The translations under genes and the position numbers were made by a program. From Bacillota bacterium (GTDB lineage Bacteria > Bacillota > Clostridia > Christensenellales > CAMQZB01), in the NCBI GenBank assembly GCA_044426085.1, contig JAWXUU010000011.1:3069-67068 (forward strand): a stretch of DNA of 64,000 nucleotides, written 5' to 3'. Positions 18,044 to 26,517 of the stretch are shown here, piece after piece; position 1 is the stretch's first letter, and each line of letters begins with the position of its first letter. A model generated the notes under the pieces. The model was given only the letters and a program-made list of their open reading frames with translations. It was not told the DNA's origin and made no database searches.

Positions 18044-19705
18044 ATGACAAAAATTTTTAAAAAAATTTTCAATATGGAAAATTTAAAAAAAGCTGCTGCG
18101 TTATTTGTAATCCTCGCAGTTTTGCTTTCTTTGTTCACTGGTTGCACTGTATCCATGAGCGATGATTGTTGCGATGATTGCGATGGATCTTATTTAGTAT
18201 TTGCATCAGAATATCCAACAGACTCTTGTGCGGATCCAAACTGCACCGATTGCACCGATTGCGAAAGTGTTTGTGTCGACTGTTCTGACTGTGATTTTGA
18301 TGTAGAGTTAATAAGTTCATCTTGGGTTGATTGTGCGGATTGCACCGACGGTGGCTCATACGTTGTTTCTTCTCGTGTTTGTACAACTTGTAGCGGTGTT
18401 GGAATTTTAACAAATCGTGTCACATCAACATGCCCAACTTGTCTGGGAACGGGCGTTGGTGTTTCTTATGTACAATGTATAGCTTGCGGCGGTGATGGCG
18501 TTTTTGTTTGTCCTGTTTGTGAAGGCTTGGGTTATTACACATCTAATGAGGAAAATTATGGTTGTACAAATTGTGGTGGTAACGGTCTTAGAATGGAAGG
18601 TGCTACTGCTCGAGCTGGAACTGGAACAGTAGATTGTGCTAACTGCGTTGATGGTTATTATACTTCAACTCGCTGCGGCACTTGTTCTGGAGCGGGTACT
18701 GTAGCTTCATGGGTTGCATCTGATTGTACTGTAACGGCTTGTAATGATGGAATAATCACAACAACAACTTGGGTTGAGTGTTCAACTTGTTTCGGTTCTA
18801 AAGGTTGGTGGATTGATAACGATACTACATATTGTGATTATTGCGGTTATTCACAGCTCGCAACTTGCCCCGATTGTTATGGTTATGGTTATGTGACTTT
18901 AGATGGTGAAAATTATGGCTGTGTTACTTGTGGTGGTAATGGTCTTAGAATGAATGGTGCGACGGCTATCGCTGGTTCTGGAACTATAGATTGTTCATAT
19001 TGTACTGATAGCGTGTATTACACTATTGACTTTGTATGTGTAGATTATGACGGCTATGGTTTTGATGATTATTCTGTAACTGTTAAACATGGTGATTCTA
19101 TCCCATCTATTCTCGGGTGGTCTGAAGATACATATTATTACACAACAACTCAAGCTGGCGGAACTACAATATCAAAAGATTCTGTTGCTGCAGATGATAT
19201 GACAATTTATGTGCAGATTTTAGGAGTGAGTGAAACTTTTACTGTCGCATATTATGAAGTCTCTTGGTCTTCAACATCATGTCAATATAATTTTGCATCA
19301 TCTGATATTTTGAGTGCAAATAGTATTATTGTTCCTTATGATGCGGATGATTTGATGTATGGTTCATCTTTTGAAGAATATGCAGATATTTATTCTTTTT
19401 TGGGCTGGACAACTTCTGATGATTTTTATATAAGTGTTGATTATAATGATTTTGATTCTTCGGATGTGATTGATTTTGATAGTTATCAAGTGACGTCTGA
19501 TTTAAGCTTATTTGCTGTTTATGATTGGACTGAACCAGCAGTGGATAATGATTCATTTTTTGAAGGTTTATTTGATTCTGATTCAAATTTATTTGAAGTA
19601 TTATTTGACTTCGATTCAAGCTTGGCAAATTATCTGGTCTATGGTCTTATAGCCTTGGTAGTTATCGGCATACTTTTGTTCGTGGTTTTGATGTTTAGAA
19701 AGTAG
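18044..19705 (+). CDS. Lipobox-bearing protein with duplicated DnaJ-type zinc-knuckle array, Flg_new-like C-terminal repeats and a C-terminal anchor
   Basis: 553 aa. Lipobox-like LFTGC. Internal duplication (CPVCEGLGYY..NYGCTNCGGNGLRMEGATA..VDCANCVDGYYT versus CPDCYGYGYV..NYGCVTCGGNGLRMNGATA..IDCSYCTDSVYYT). The Cys-free C-terminal part has ..LGW....D.T.Y / FLGWTTS...DLSLFAVYDW, resembling Listeria-Bacteroides repeats. TM helix ending MFRK. Confidence 0.8.
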   Translation: MTKIFKKIFNMENLKKAAALFVILAVLLSLFTGCTVSMSDDCCDDCDGSYLVFASEYPTDSCADPNCTDCTDCESVCVDCSDCDFDVELISSSWVDCADCTDGGSYVVSSRVCTTCSGVGILTNRVTSTCPTCLGTGVGVSYVQCIACGGDGVFVCPVCEGLGYYTSNEENYGCTNCGGNGLRMEGATARAGTGTVDCANCVDGYYTSTRCGTCSGAGTVASWVASDCTVTACNDGIITTTTWVECSTCFGSKGWWIDNDTTYCDYCGYSQLATCPDCYGYGYVTLDGENYGCVTCGGNGLRMNGATAIAGSGTIDCSYCTDSVYYTIDFVCVDYDGYGFDDYSVTVKHGDSIPSILGWSEDTYYYTTTQAGGTTISKDSVAADDMTIYVQILGVSETFTVAYYEVSWSSTSCQYNFASSDILSANSIIVPYDADDLMYGSSFEEYADIYSFLGWTTSDDFYISVDYNDFDSSDVIDFDSYQVTSDLSLFAVYDWTEPAVDNDSFFEGLFDSDSNLFEVLFDFDSSLANYLVYGLIALVVIGILLFVVLMFRK

Positions 19706-19716
19706 GGCGGTGACTT

Positions 19717-20088
19717 ATGGAATATACAACATTTGAAATCGTATTAAATATTGTGCTTATGATTGGTGTTTGGGTTATATGTGGAATTTCTCTTTGGAGA
19801 TGTGAGAAGTATTGCAAGAAAAAGAAAAAAGAAAAGGAAGCTGAAATTGCTGAATTTAAATCGCTTATAGAAAAGCAAAATTCTTTACTTTTGGATATAT
19901 GTGCTCAGACTCAAGCTTTAGTTGAAAAATTAGCACCAGGAGCAATTGTTAAAGATATGGGTATTCCGTATTATAATGATTGTCTTGGTGATGGAGTTGG
20001 TGATATCAATTCAATATGTTACGGCGCAATTGATGCCGGCACTAAAGAGTGGAAAAAACGGATGAATGTTTATAAAGAAGGTAAATAA
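19717..20088 (+). CDS. Hypothetical small membrane protein (N-terminal TM, coiled-coil)
   Basis: 123 aa. TM helix VLNIVLMIGVWVICGISLW followed by KKKKKEKE. Confidence 0.55.
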   Translation: MEYTTFEIVLNIVLMIGVWVICGISLWRCEKYCKKKKKEKEAEIAEFKSLIEKQNSLLLDICAQTQALVEKLAPGAIVKDMGIPYYNDCLGDGVGDINSICYGAIDAGTKEWKKRMNVYKEGK

Positions 20089-20428
20089 CGTGGAAAACTA
20101 CACAAATTTGTTATTGCTTGCAATTGTTTTGTTGATTGCTATTATCGTTATATCAAAGCTTGGTTTTGTATCAATCAAAAAGAAGAAAATAAAAATGGAA
20201 CTTGAGCATCTTAAAGATATATATTTGATAAGCTGGCGCGAGCTTGCGGATCTGCGCATTGATGAAAAATCCGAAAAAGTGAATGCTACGGCAATTTTTT
20301 CCCAAACACAATATTTAAATATTTTGGTTGGTAGGGTTCATGGCTACTGCTATTTGTTGGATTATACATATGAGTATGGCGCAAATAGTATCGTTATTTA
20401 TGATAAAAAGAAGAATGAGGTAATTTAG
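20066..20428 (+). CDS. Small membrane protein conserved upstream of the ATPase
   Basis: 120 aa (an alternative GTG start at 20090 has GAAGG upstream). The C-terminal block GRVHGYCYLLDY...IVIYDKKKNEVI aligns with E2 44983-45252 (GRIDGVCEILQY...VKIFKKNNLIKL). Confidence 0.6.
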   Translation: MFIKKVNNVENYTNLLLLAIVLLIAIIVISKLGFVSIKKKKIKMELEHLKDIYLISWRELADLRIDEKSEKVNATAIFSQTQYLNILVGRVHGYCYLLDYTYEYGANSIVIYDKKKNEVI

Positions 20429-20429
20429 T

Positions 20430-21557
20430 TTGGTAGCCAGATTGAAAGAAATATCACCATCAATATTTTATTTTGGAATCCCTTTAGGTATCTGGGCTTC
20501 TGTTTTAATATTTATGATATTGAGAGCAATTCTTCCTTTTGTTTCTCTAAGCTGGATAGATATTGTTCTTTTTATACCGCCATGCATATTCATTTTTGTG
20601 CATGGCAAGTTATTTATCCAAATTATAAAGGGTATTATGCAATGTCTTGCGGAAAGCTTCGATCAGATAAATGAAGTTTACGTTATGCCTATTTGTGGCA
20701 TGGCGCGCGGCGGTAAAACCTTGTTGGGTTCTGCGATAGTTGTTCGCAAAAGTCAAATAAATTGGTATAAATTGCAGATGCAATATTTCAAAATGTCTAA
20801 ACTGCAATGGCTTTCAAAATATATTGATAATGAAGTATGGTCCGCGCGATGGTTTGAAGTTAAGGATTCATATGAGTATTGGATATCTTATCCAGAATAC
20901 ATACCATGTTTACTTTCTTCAATTCGAATCACGGATAAATACGGCAGATATTCTAAAGAGCTTCATCTGGAACACCTTTTGCAAAAAGAGCGTATCCCTG
21001 CATATTCTTATATTTTACTTGATGAAGCTGGTTCGGTGGTTGGGTTGTATTATTCAATGAATAAAGACCAGTCACTTATCAATTTTATCCGCTGGATTGG
21101 GCAGTTTTGCGAAGTTCATTTGATATTGACAGAACAGCGTGAATCGAATATAGCGATTGATATCAGAGAAGTCGTTGGTGCAGTTGTTATGGTTGAGATG
21201 GAAAAAAAGATGCAAGCGGTAAAAGGCTTGCAATTTGTCGAGAAGCTCGTGCAAATTGGCCATCAAAAAGGATGGTCGCCGAAAGCTTTTGATTGTATCC
21301 AAAAATTAGAGAATTGGTTTAATAAAGTCGGTTATTTTGCATTCACTATGTATGTTGATTATGGCAATGGTGTTGAAACAATTCATTCAAACATGTGTTG
21401 TAACATGCCGTATAGCTATGAATCGAGAGCATTTTCCCCACTGTATAAAGCGTTGGATAAGTCGTTCGGTGAAAATTCTTCAGATTGCAAGTTGATTTAT
21501 CCAGAATCACAAATGGGGCATTCAATATTAGATTACGAGGTAAAAGTCGATGGCTAA
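20430..21557 (+). CDS. Membrane-anchored P-loop NTPase (candidate assembly/export or DNA-translocating ATPase)
   Basis: TTG start. 375 aa. 2-3 N-terminal TM helices, Walker A GMARGGKT, Walker B YILLDEAG. Homologue in E2 at 45264-46403. Confidence 0.7.
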   Translation: MVARLKEISPSIFYFGIPLGIWASVLIFMILRAILPFVSLSWIDIVLFIPPCIFIFVHGKLFIQIIKGIMQCLAESFDQINEVYVMPICGMARGGKTLLGSAIVVRKSQINWYKLQMQYFKMSKLQWLSKYIDNEVWSARWFEVKDSYEYWISYPEYIPCLLSSIRITDKYGRYSKELHLEHLLQKERIPAYSYILLDEAGSVVGLYYSMNKDQSLINFIRWIGQFCEVHLILTEQRESNIAIDIREVVGAVVMVEMEKKMQAVKGLQFVEKLVQIGHQKGWSPKAFDCIQKLENWFNKVGYFAFTMYVDYGNGVETIHSNMCCNMPYSYESRAFSPLYKALDKSFGENSSDCKLIYPESQMGHSILDYEVKVDG

Positions 21558-21816
21558 AAAATATGATATGAGAAGATATTATTGTATTCAAGCGCAGAAG
21601 CGAAAAAAGAGCATGGGAACAGAAACTCAAGCCGCTGCAGCTCTTGATGAGATAATAGAGAAAGAGCGTGAGAACGTGGTTCTGACGCCTCAAGAAAAGA
21701 TAGATAAGGCTTACGCAATGAATAGGCTGTTTGCTGGCTCAAAAAGCACTTGGCAAGAATCGGTAGTTGCTCAGCTTGCTGAGCGTGAGCAAAGCGAACC
21801 AACGGAGCTGGATTAA
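21550..21816 (+). CDS. Hypothetical small protein
   Basis: 88 aa. Overlaps the ATPase stop by 8 nt. Charged and helical. Confidence 0.45.
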   Translation: MAKKYDMRRYYCIQAQKRKKSMGTETQAAAALDEIIEKERENVVLTPQEKIDKAYAMNRLFAGSKSTWQESVVAQLAEREQSEPTELD

Positions 21817-21859
21817 CTTTCCATCTTCATCAGCATCTAAAAATTGCGCGCGCAAGCGC

Positions 21860-21987
21860 GTCCTTGCATTAGCTTGAAGCACTAGTTGCGCTCGCCAGCG
21901 AGCGCAACCTTCAAGCCAAGGACTGCTAAAAATGCCAAAAATTCGCAAAGGATTTTTGGTTTACCCCCCACCGCTAATAGGGGGGTA
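21860..21987. promoter_or_regulatory. GC-rich nested inverted repeats (candidate origin) upstream of rep
   Basis: Perfect palindrome GTTGCGCTCGC-CA-GCGAGCGCAAC (21885-21908) nested in GTCCTTG..CTTGAAG / CTTCAAG.CAAGGAC (21860-21923). Also CCAAAAAT..ATTTTTGG (21934-21959) and TACCCCCC..GGGGGGTA (21962-21987). Confidence 0.5.
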
Positions 21988-22047
21988 CTGTTACAAGCAT
22001 GAAACGGCTTAAAGCCTTATGGCATAAGGGGAAAGTGGGTTTTAAAA

Positions 22048-23229
22048 ATGAATGAAAAAAATGAAGAAAAAAAAGGTAGAAAATGTCTTTATGACTGGGT
22101 TTCAATTTCATCAAAAATTCATACTGTTGATGAAATTATGTATATGTTAGGTATGGAGCAGTGTAAGTGGCAAAAAATGAAAGGTTTTTATGGGTATAAG
22201 CAAAGATTGTATTTTGAAAGTGTATCAATTCATTATGAAGGGCATGGAAACATGGGGGTATTTCTCGAAATGTCTGGTCAAGGCTGTAGAGCTTTTGAAA
22301 CGTTAGGCAATGGTAATTTTGAATGTTTATTTGATTTGGTTATTGCAAATCCAACAAATATGAATATAACTCGTTTAGATGTGGCTTACGATGATAAAGG
22401 TGATAAAAGTCTACCGCTGAAAAAAATTCTTGAAGACACGCAAAATGAAAATTTTGTTTCAATGTGGCATGAATATGAATATCTTTCTGGATCTAAAGGT
22501 ACAACGATTTATCATGGTTCAAAGCATTCTGATGTCAGACTTCGCATATATGATAAAGCTGCAGAACGTGGATACGATAAATTTGACGTCCAGTGGGTTC
22601 GTTGTGAGCTTCAGCTCCGCGATGATCGCGCTTTGAATTTTATTAAGCTTGATATGCCTATTGGTGATAAGTTTAGTGGTGTTCTGAAAAATTATATAAG
22701 ATATATTGTTCCTGATCGTTCTCGAAAATTCAATTGTTCAATGACAAAATATTGGAAAAAAATCTTAGGTGATATTGAAAAGATTTCAATATATTCAAAG
22801 CCAGGGTTGGAATACAACTTGATGAACATCCACAGACATATAATTCGCAGCTGCGGTGGTGGTGTCAAAACTCTTTTGAAAATATATGGTGTTGATGGTT
22901 TTGTGAACTTGGTAAACAAATATTCAAAAATAACGAATCCAAAACATATAAAAATTCTGACAGACTTTGAAAGCTTCAATGATTTTGAAAATTTGTTGAA
23001 TAATGACAAAGTAATGAAAAGTTTCTTCGGCTATGAATACTACATGTACAAGACTTATATCGACAGCATTGACATGTTGACTGAAGAAGATATTAAAGAT
23101 GAAAATGCAACAGTCGAAGAAGCCAAGGAACTTGAGTTCGAAAGAAAAATTGTCGATGACTTAGTTGAAATCAAGAAGCTTCAGGAACGTAGCAAAAAAC
23201 GTGAATGGATATATGATGTTCATGATTAA
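22048..23229 (+). CDS. Rep_trans-family rolling-circle replication initiator
   Basis: 393 aa with NITRLDVAYDD, VRLRIYDKAAERG and VRCELQLRDDRA. These motifs are characteristic of the Rep_trans (pT181 RepC / Tn916 Orf20 / some inovirus gpII) family. Confidence 0.8.
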   Translation: MNEKNEEKKGRKCLYDWVSISSKIHTVDEIMYMLGMEQCKWQKMKGFYGYKQRLYFESVSIHYEGHGNMGVFLEMSGQGCRAFETLGNGNFECLFDLVIANPTNMNITRLDVAYDDKGDKSLPLKKILEDTQNENFVSMWHEYEYLSGSKGTTIYHGSKHSDVRLRIYDKAAERGYDKFDVQWVRCELQLRDDRALNFIKLDMPIGDKFSGVLKNYIRYIVPDRSRKFNCSMTKYWKKILGDIEKISIYSKPGLEYNLMNIHRHIIRSCGGGVKTLLKIYGVDGFVNLVNKYSKITNPKHIKILTDFESFNDFENLLNNDKVMKSFFGYEYYMYKTYIDSIDMLTEEDIKDENATVEEAKELEFERKIVDDLVEIKKLQERSKKREWIYDVHD

Positions 23230-23313
23230 AAAGGTTGCATTTTGTTTTTAAAATTGTTGGGTAAGTTATAGGGTATGCGGTGCGAAAGTCCTTATTTATA
23301 AGGTTTTCTAGCT

Positions 23314-23372
23314 ACTGTAAATCTGCCGTCTCCGACTTCGGTGGTTCGAATCCACCACCACCCACCACGAAA
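23314..23372 (+). repeat. attR of E1 (59-bp copy of tRNA-Tyr 3' part)
   Basis: Identical to 10302-10360. No 5' half of a tRNA is present. Confidence 0.9.
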
Positions 23373-23402
23373 GAACTAAGTCAAGTACTTAGTTCTTTTT
23401 TT
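23371..23402 (+). terminator. Probable native tRNA-operon terminator displaced by E1
   Basis: AGAACTAAGT-CAAGT-ACTTAGTTCT + T run directly after attR. E1 supplies a look-alike hairpin (AAGCATTAAATC..GATTTAGTGCTT + T run) after attL. Confidence 0.7.
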
Positions 23403-23430
23403 ATGCCCATATACCCCACACCCTATGCCG

Positions 23431-24185
23431 CTGTGGTGGCGGATTCGAACGTTCGCCTACGAGCGAAGCGAGTGCACGAGAATGCAAAAACCATAACAAA
23501 GAAGAAAAGCCATAGAAGAGCTCACCCAAAACAAAGCTGAAAAAAGTTTCGAGTATCCACCCGACTGCTTACCAATATCCAAATAGCATGCACCCGAAAG
23601 GCGAAGCTCTTTCGGCTTTTTTTTACGCAAAACACCATAAAAACAGAACGCCTACGAGCGAAGCGAGTGCACGAGAATGCAAAAACCACAACAAAGAAGT
23701 AAAGCCAGAGAAGAGCCCACCCAAAACAAAGCTGAAAAAAGTTTCGAGTATCCACCCGATTGCTTACCAATGCCAAAATAGCATGCCCCCGAAAGGCGAA
23801 GCTCTTTCGGCTTTTTTTACGCAAAATACCCTTCAGCAGAACGCCGCTGTGGTGGCGGATTCGAACGTTCGCCTACGAGCCAATTGAGTGCACGAGACGG
23901 AAAATGCCAAAATCGGGCTTTCTGCTGCGTTAGCGGGACATTTTGTTCAGGTCACGTATAACATACGCTCCCTTCACAAAATAACCCACTGCCTTGCACA
24001 AAACCCAATTTTGACATTTTCCGCTTCTAAAGTACTATATTGTTAATTTAAAATATCTAACAGAGAAGAGCTCACCCAAAACAAAGCTGAAAAAAGTTTC
24101 GAGTATCCACCCGACTGCTTACCAACACCAAAATAGCATGCACCCGAAAGGCGAAGCTCTTTCGGCTTTTTTTACGCAAAAAATC
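23431..24185. repeat. About 190-bp tandem repeats, each ending in a hairpin + T tract; third copy split by a palindromic insertion
   Basis: Copies start at about 23453 and 23650 (GCCTACGAGCGAAGCGAGTGCACGAGAATGCAAAAACC...CCCGAAAGGCGAAGCTCTTTCGGCTTTTTTT). The third copy is split (23866-23895 and 24062-24180) by an insert bounded by GGAAAATGCCAAAATCGGG / CCCAATTTTGACATTTTCC. Confidence 0.75.
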
Positions 24186-24242
24186 CAAGCCTAATTAGCT
24201 TTTTGAATAATAAAAACCCATCACAATTAGCATTTTTCGCCC

Positions 24243-24273
24243 AAAAAAAGGCACCGCATTTCTGTGGTGCCTT
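24243..24273 (-). terminator. Terminator of nagB
   Basis: On the minus strand: AAGGCACCACAGAAATGCGGTGCCTT followed by a T run. Confidence 0.7.
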
Positions 24274-24338
24274 GATTTTAAATATTAAATTTTTGATTTC
24301 AAACATTAAATTCTTGACACAAAAGTCAAAATCAGAAC

Positions 24339-25064
24339 CTATAAAAGGCTTGCTGCGTCTTTGTCGCAAACGACAGTCACGTCTGGGTGGTATTGAAGGA
24401 TAGAAGCTGGCATATCAGGGCGGATGTCGCCTTTCACGAGTCCCAAAATAGCAGCGGCTTTATCTTTTCCGCTAGCAACAAGAAGAATCTTCTTTGCCTT
24501 CATGATAGTGCCGATACCCATTGAAAACGCTCTTGTTGGAACGTCAGCTTTTGATGGGAAGAAGCGAGAATTTGCCTCGATTGTGCTGTTGTGAAGTGTC
24601 ACGCAGTTTGTACCTTTAGAAAAGCAGTCAGCTGGTTCATTAAAGCCGATGTGACCGTTTCCGCCGATGCCAAGAAGTTGCAAATCGACACCGCCGAGTG
24701 AATCGATAACAGCATCGTATCTTTCGCATTCTGCATCTGTATCTGCGTTCAAGCCGTTTGGAATATACGTGTTTGCAAGGTCGATATCCACCTTAGAAAA
24801 CAGGTTGTCCAACATGAAGAAATAATAACTTTGGTCGTGTTCTGGACTGATTCCAACATATTCATCAAGGTTTGCAGATTTCACTTTTGCAAAGCTGACT
24901 TTGCCGTTGTTATATTCTGAAACGATGTGTTTATAAGTGCCGATTGGGCTTGAACCAGTTGCAAGTCCCAAAACGCTGTCTGGTTTGCTGGCAACTTGAT
25001 TTTTGATGATTTCTCCCGCTTGGAAGCTTAGCTCGTCATAATTTTCTGCAACTATAATTTTCAT
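24339..25064 (-). CDS. nagB: Glucosamine-6-phosphate deaminase
   Basis: MKIIVAENYDELSFQAGEIIKNQV...LGLATGSSP...NLDEYVG...GIGGNGHIGFNEP. AAAGGGGA RBS before ATG 25064 (track ORF extends to 25106). Confidence 0.9.
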   Translation of the reverse strand: MKIIVAENYDELSFQAGEIIKNQVASKPDSVLGLATGSSPIGTYKHIVSEYNNGKVSFAKVKSANLDEYVGISPEHDQSYYFFMLDNLFSKVDIDLANTYIPNGLNADTDAECERYDAVIDSLGGVDLQLLGIGGNGHIGFNEPADCFSKGTNCVTLHNSTIEANSRFFPSKADVPTRAFSMGIGTIMKAKKILLVASGKDKAAAILGLVKGDIRPDMPASILQYHPDVTVVCDKDAASLL

Positions 25065-25402
25065 TTTAGTGTCCCCTTTGACTACTTTTTTCTTATTATA
25101 ACACACTTTTGAGCGTTTGTGAATAGGTAATATAAAAATTCAAGGCATAAAATTTTGCCAAAAATTGTTGGCAATTCTATTATTTGCAAATTTATGAAAG
25201 AAATAACAAGTAAATAACAAGTAAATCGCAATAACAACAAAAAATCGCAAAAATCTTTTTGCATGGTAGTAGACAAGTTTTGTAAAGAAAATGGGGCAAT
25301 GGTAATACCTAGTTTATATTGGTGCTATAACATAAATTCAATTACTTAAGAAAAGGCTTTGCAAGTTGTAGGATTCTTGCAAAAGGATGAAAGGAGTGGA
25401 TC

Positions 25403-26257
25403 ATGAAAATAAAATTGATAACCGACAGTGCTTGCAGTGTTCCAAAGGATATTGCGGAAAAATACGATATAGAAATCGTGCCACTTGGCATAGTTTTTGG
25501 CAGTGAAGAATTCAAAGACGGTGTGACAATCACGACAGATGAATTTTTCGAAAGACAGGTGTCGGGGGAAAATTATCCAACGACAAGCCAAGTGAATCAA
25601 TATGAATGGCAAGATTGTTTCAACAAATTTTTGGGTGAATACGACCATTTGGTGGTTATGACGATGTCTTCTGTCATGAGCGGAACGCACCAAAGTGCAG
25701 TGAATGCAATCAAAGAACTTGGTGCTGATAACATTCATCTTTTTGATACAGAATCTGTTTCTGTGCCTTGCGGGCTTTGTGTTTACGCAGTGGCGCAGTT
25801 CATGCAGACGTGTGATGATATTGAAGAAATCAAAAAAGTCGCTCAAAACTACATCAACAGGGTAGATGTTTATGCCACATTTGAATCGCTGAAATACCTT
25901 AAAGCGGGTGGAAGGCTTTCAACTGTTTCGGCAATTATCGGCACAATGCTTAAGGTAAAAATCATACTTTCAACAAAGGATAAAGTTGTCACTGGTGTTG
26001 AAAAAGTCATTTCTTCAAAAAAGGCGATGCGAAGGATTAAAGAGATCGTCGAAAAATATCACGACCCATCAATGCCGATGATATTTGCAAAGGGCACAAA
26101 CCACGAAGAAGTTGTGGCTGTCATGAATGACTATCAACAGAGTTTTGATTTGAAAGAAGCTCTTCTAGCTTCCATCGGTTGCACTGTCGGCACCCACACC
26201 GGCCCAGGCTCTTTCGGCGTGGCATTTTTCAGAAAAGAAGAGTTTAGAAACGTGTAA
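25403..26257 (+). CDS. DegV-family fatty-acid-binding protein
   Basis: MKIKLITDSACSVPKDIAEKYDIEIVPL... 284 aa, typical DegV length and N-terminus. Confidence 0.85.
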   Translation: MKIKLITDSACSVPKDIAEKYDIEIVPLGIVFGSEEFKDGVTITTDEFFERQVSGENYPTTSQVNQYEWQDCFNKFLGEYDHLVVMTMSSVMSGTHQSAVNAIKELGADNIHLFDTESVSVPCGLCVYAVAQFMQTCDDIEEIKKVAQNYINRVDVYATFESLKYLKAGGRLSTVSAIIGTMLKVKIILSTKDKVVTGVEKVISSKKAMRRIKEIVEKYHDPSMPMIFAKGTNHEEVVAVMNDYQQSFDLKEALLASIGCTVGTHTGPGSFGVAFFRKEEFRNV

Positions 26258-26274
26258 AAAAATGCGGAGCATTT

Positions 26275-26478
26275 TTGAAAAGTGAAAAGTGAAAAGTGAA
26301 AAGTGAAAATTGTGGTAATGCACTCGCCTTCGGCTCGTGCTTTTCAATATAATAGTAAACAATAAAAGGAACGCTACAAAAATAGCGTTCCTTTTTTAGT
26401 ATCCAAATATAAATTGAGTGCACGAGCTTGCGAGTGCTTACCATAATTTTCACTTTTCACTTTTCACTTTTCACTTTA
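26275..26478. repeat. Palindromic MITE-like intergenic element, copy 2
   Basis: (GTGAAAA)n arm + TTGTGGTAATGCACTCGCCTTCGGCTCGTGC ... GGAACGCTACAAAAATAGCGTTCC + T run ... GCACGAGCTTGCGAGTGCTTACCATAA + (TTTTCAC)n arm. Confidence 0.8.
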
Positions 26479-26517
26479 AAAAATGTAGTGCAGAATTTTG
26501 CAACAAGATAAGCTCGA

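Noticed and set aside
23431-23462. GGTGGCGGATTCGAACG (reverse complement ..GTTCGAATCCGCCACC..) looked like a minus-strand tRNA gene. A second copy lies at 23845.
   Set aside because: Only a T-loop/acceptor-like fragment is present. No D-arm, anticodon arm or complementary 5' acceptor strand can be folded. At most it is a tRNA-derived relic.
23280-23887. ORFs of 86-100 aa on both strands in the tandem-repeat region.
   Set aside because: They are simply the about 190-bp repeat read through in frame. There is no SD, the peptides are repeated, and hairpin terminators lie inside the supposed coding sequence.
25346-25846. 166-aa minus-strand ORF opposite the DegV gene. Similarly, a 194-aa ORF at 34178-34762 lies opposite rdgB, and ORFs at 26789-28014 lie opposite the AGCS gene.
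   Set aside because: They are antisense to confidently identified conserved genes. Their translations are compositionally odd and lack start signals.
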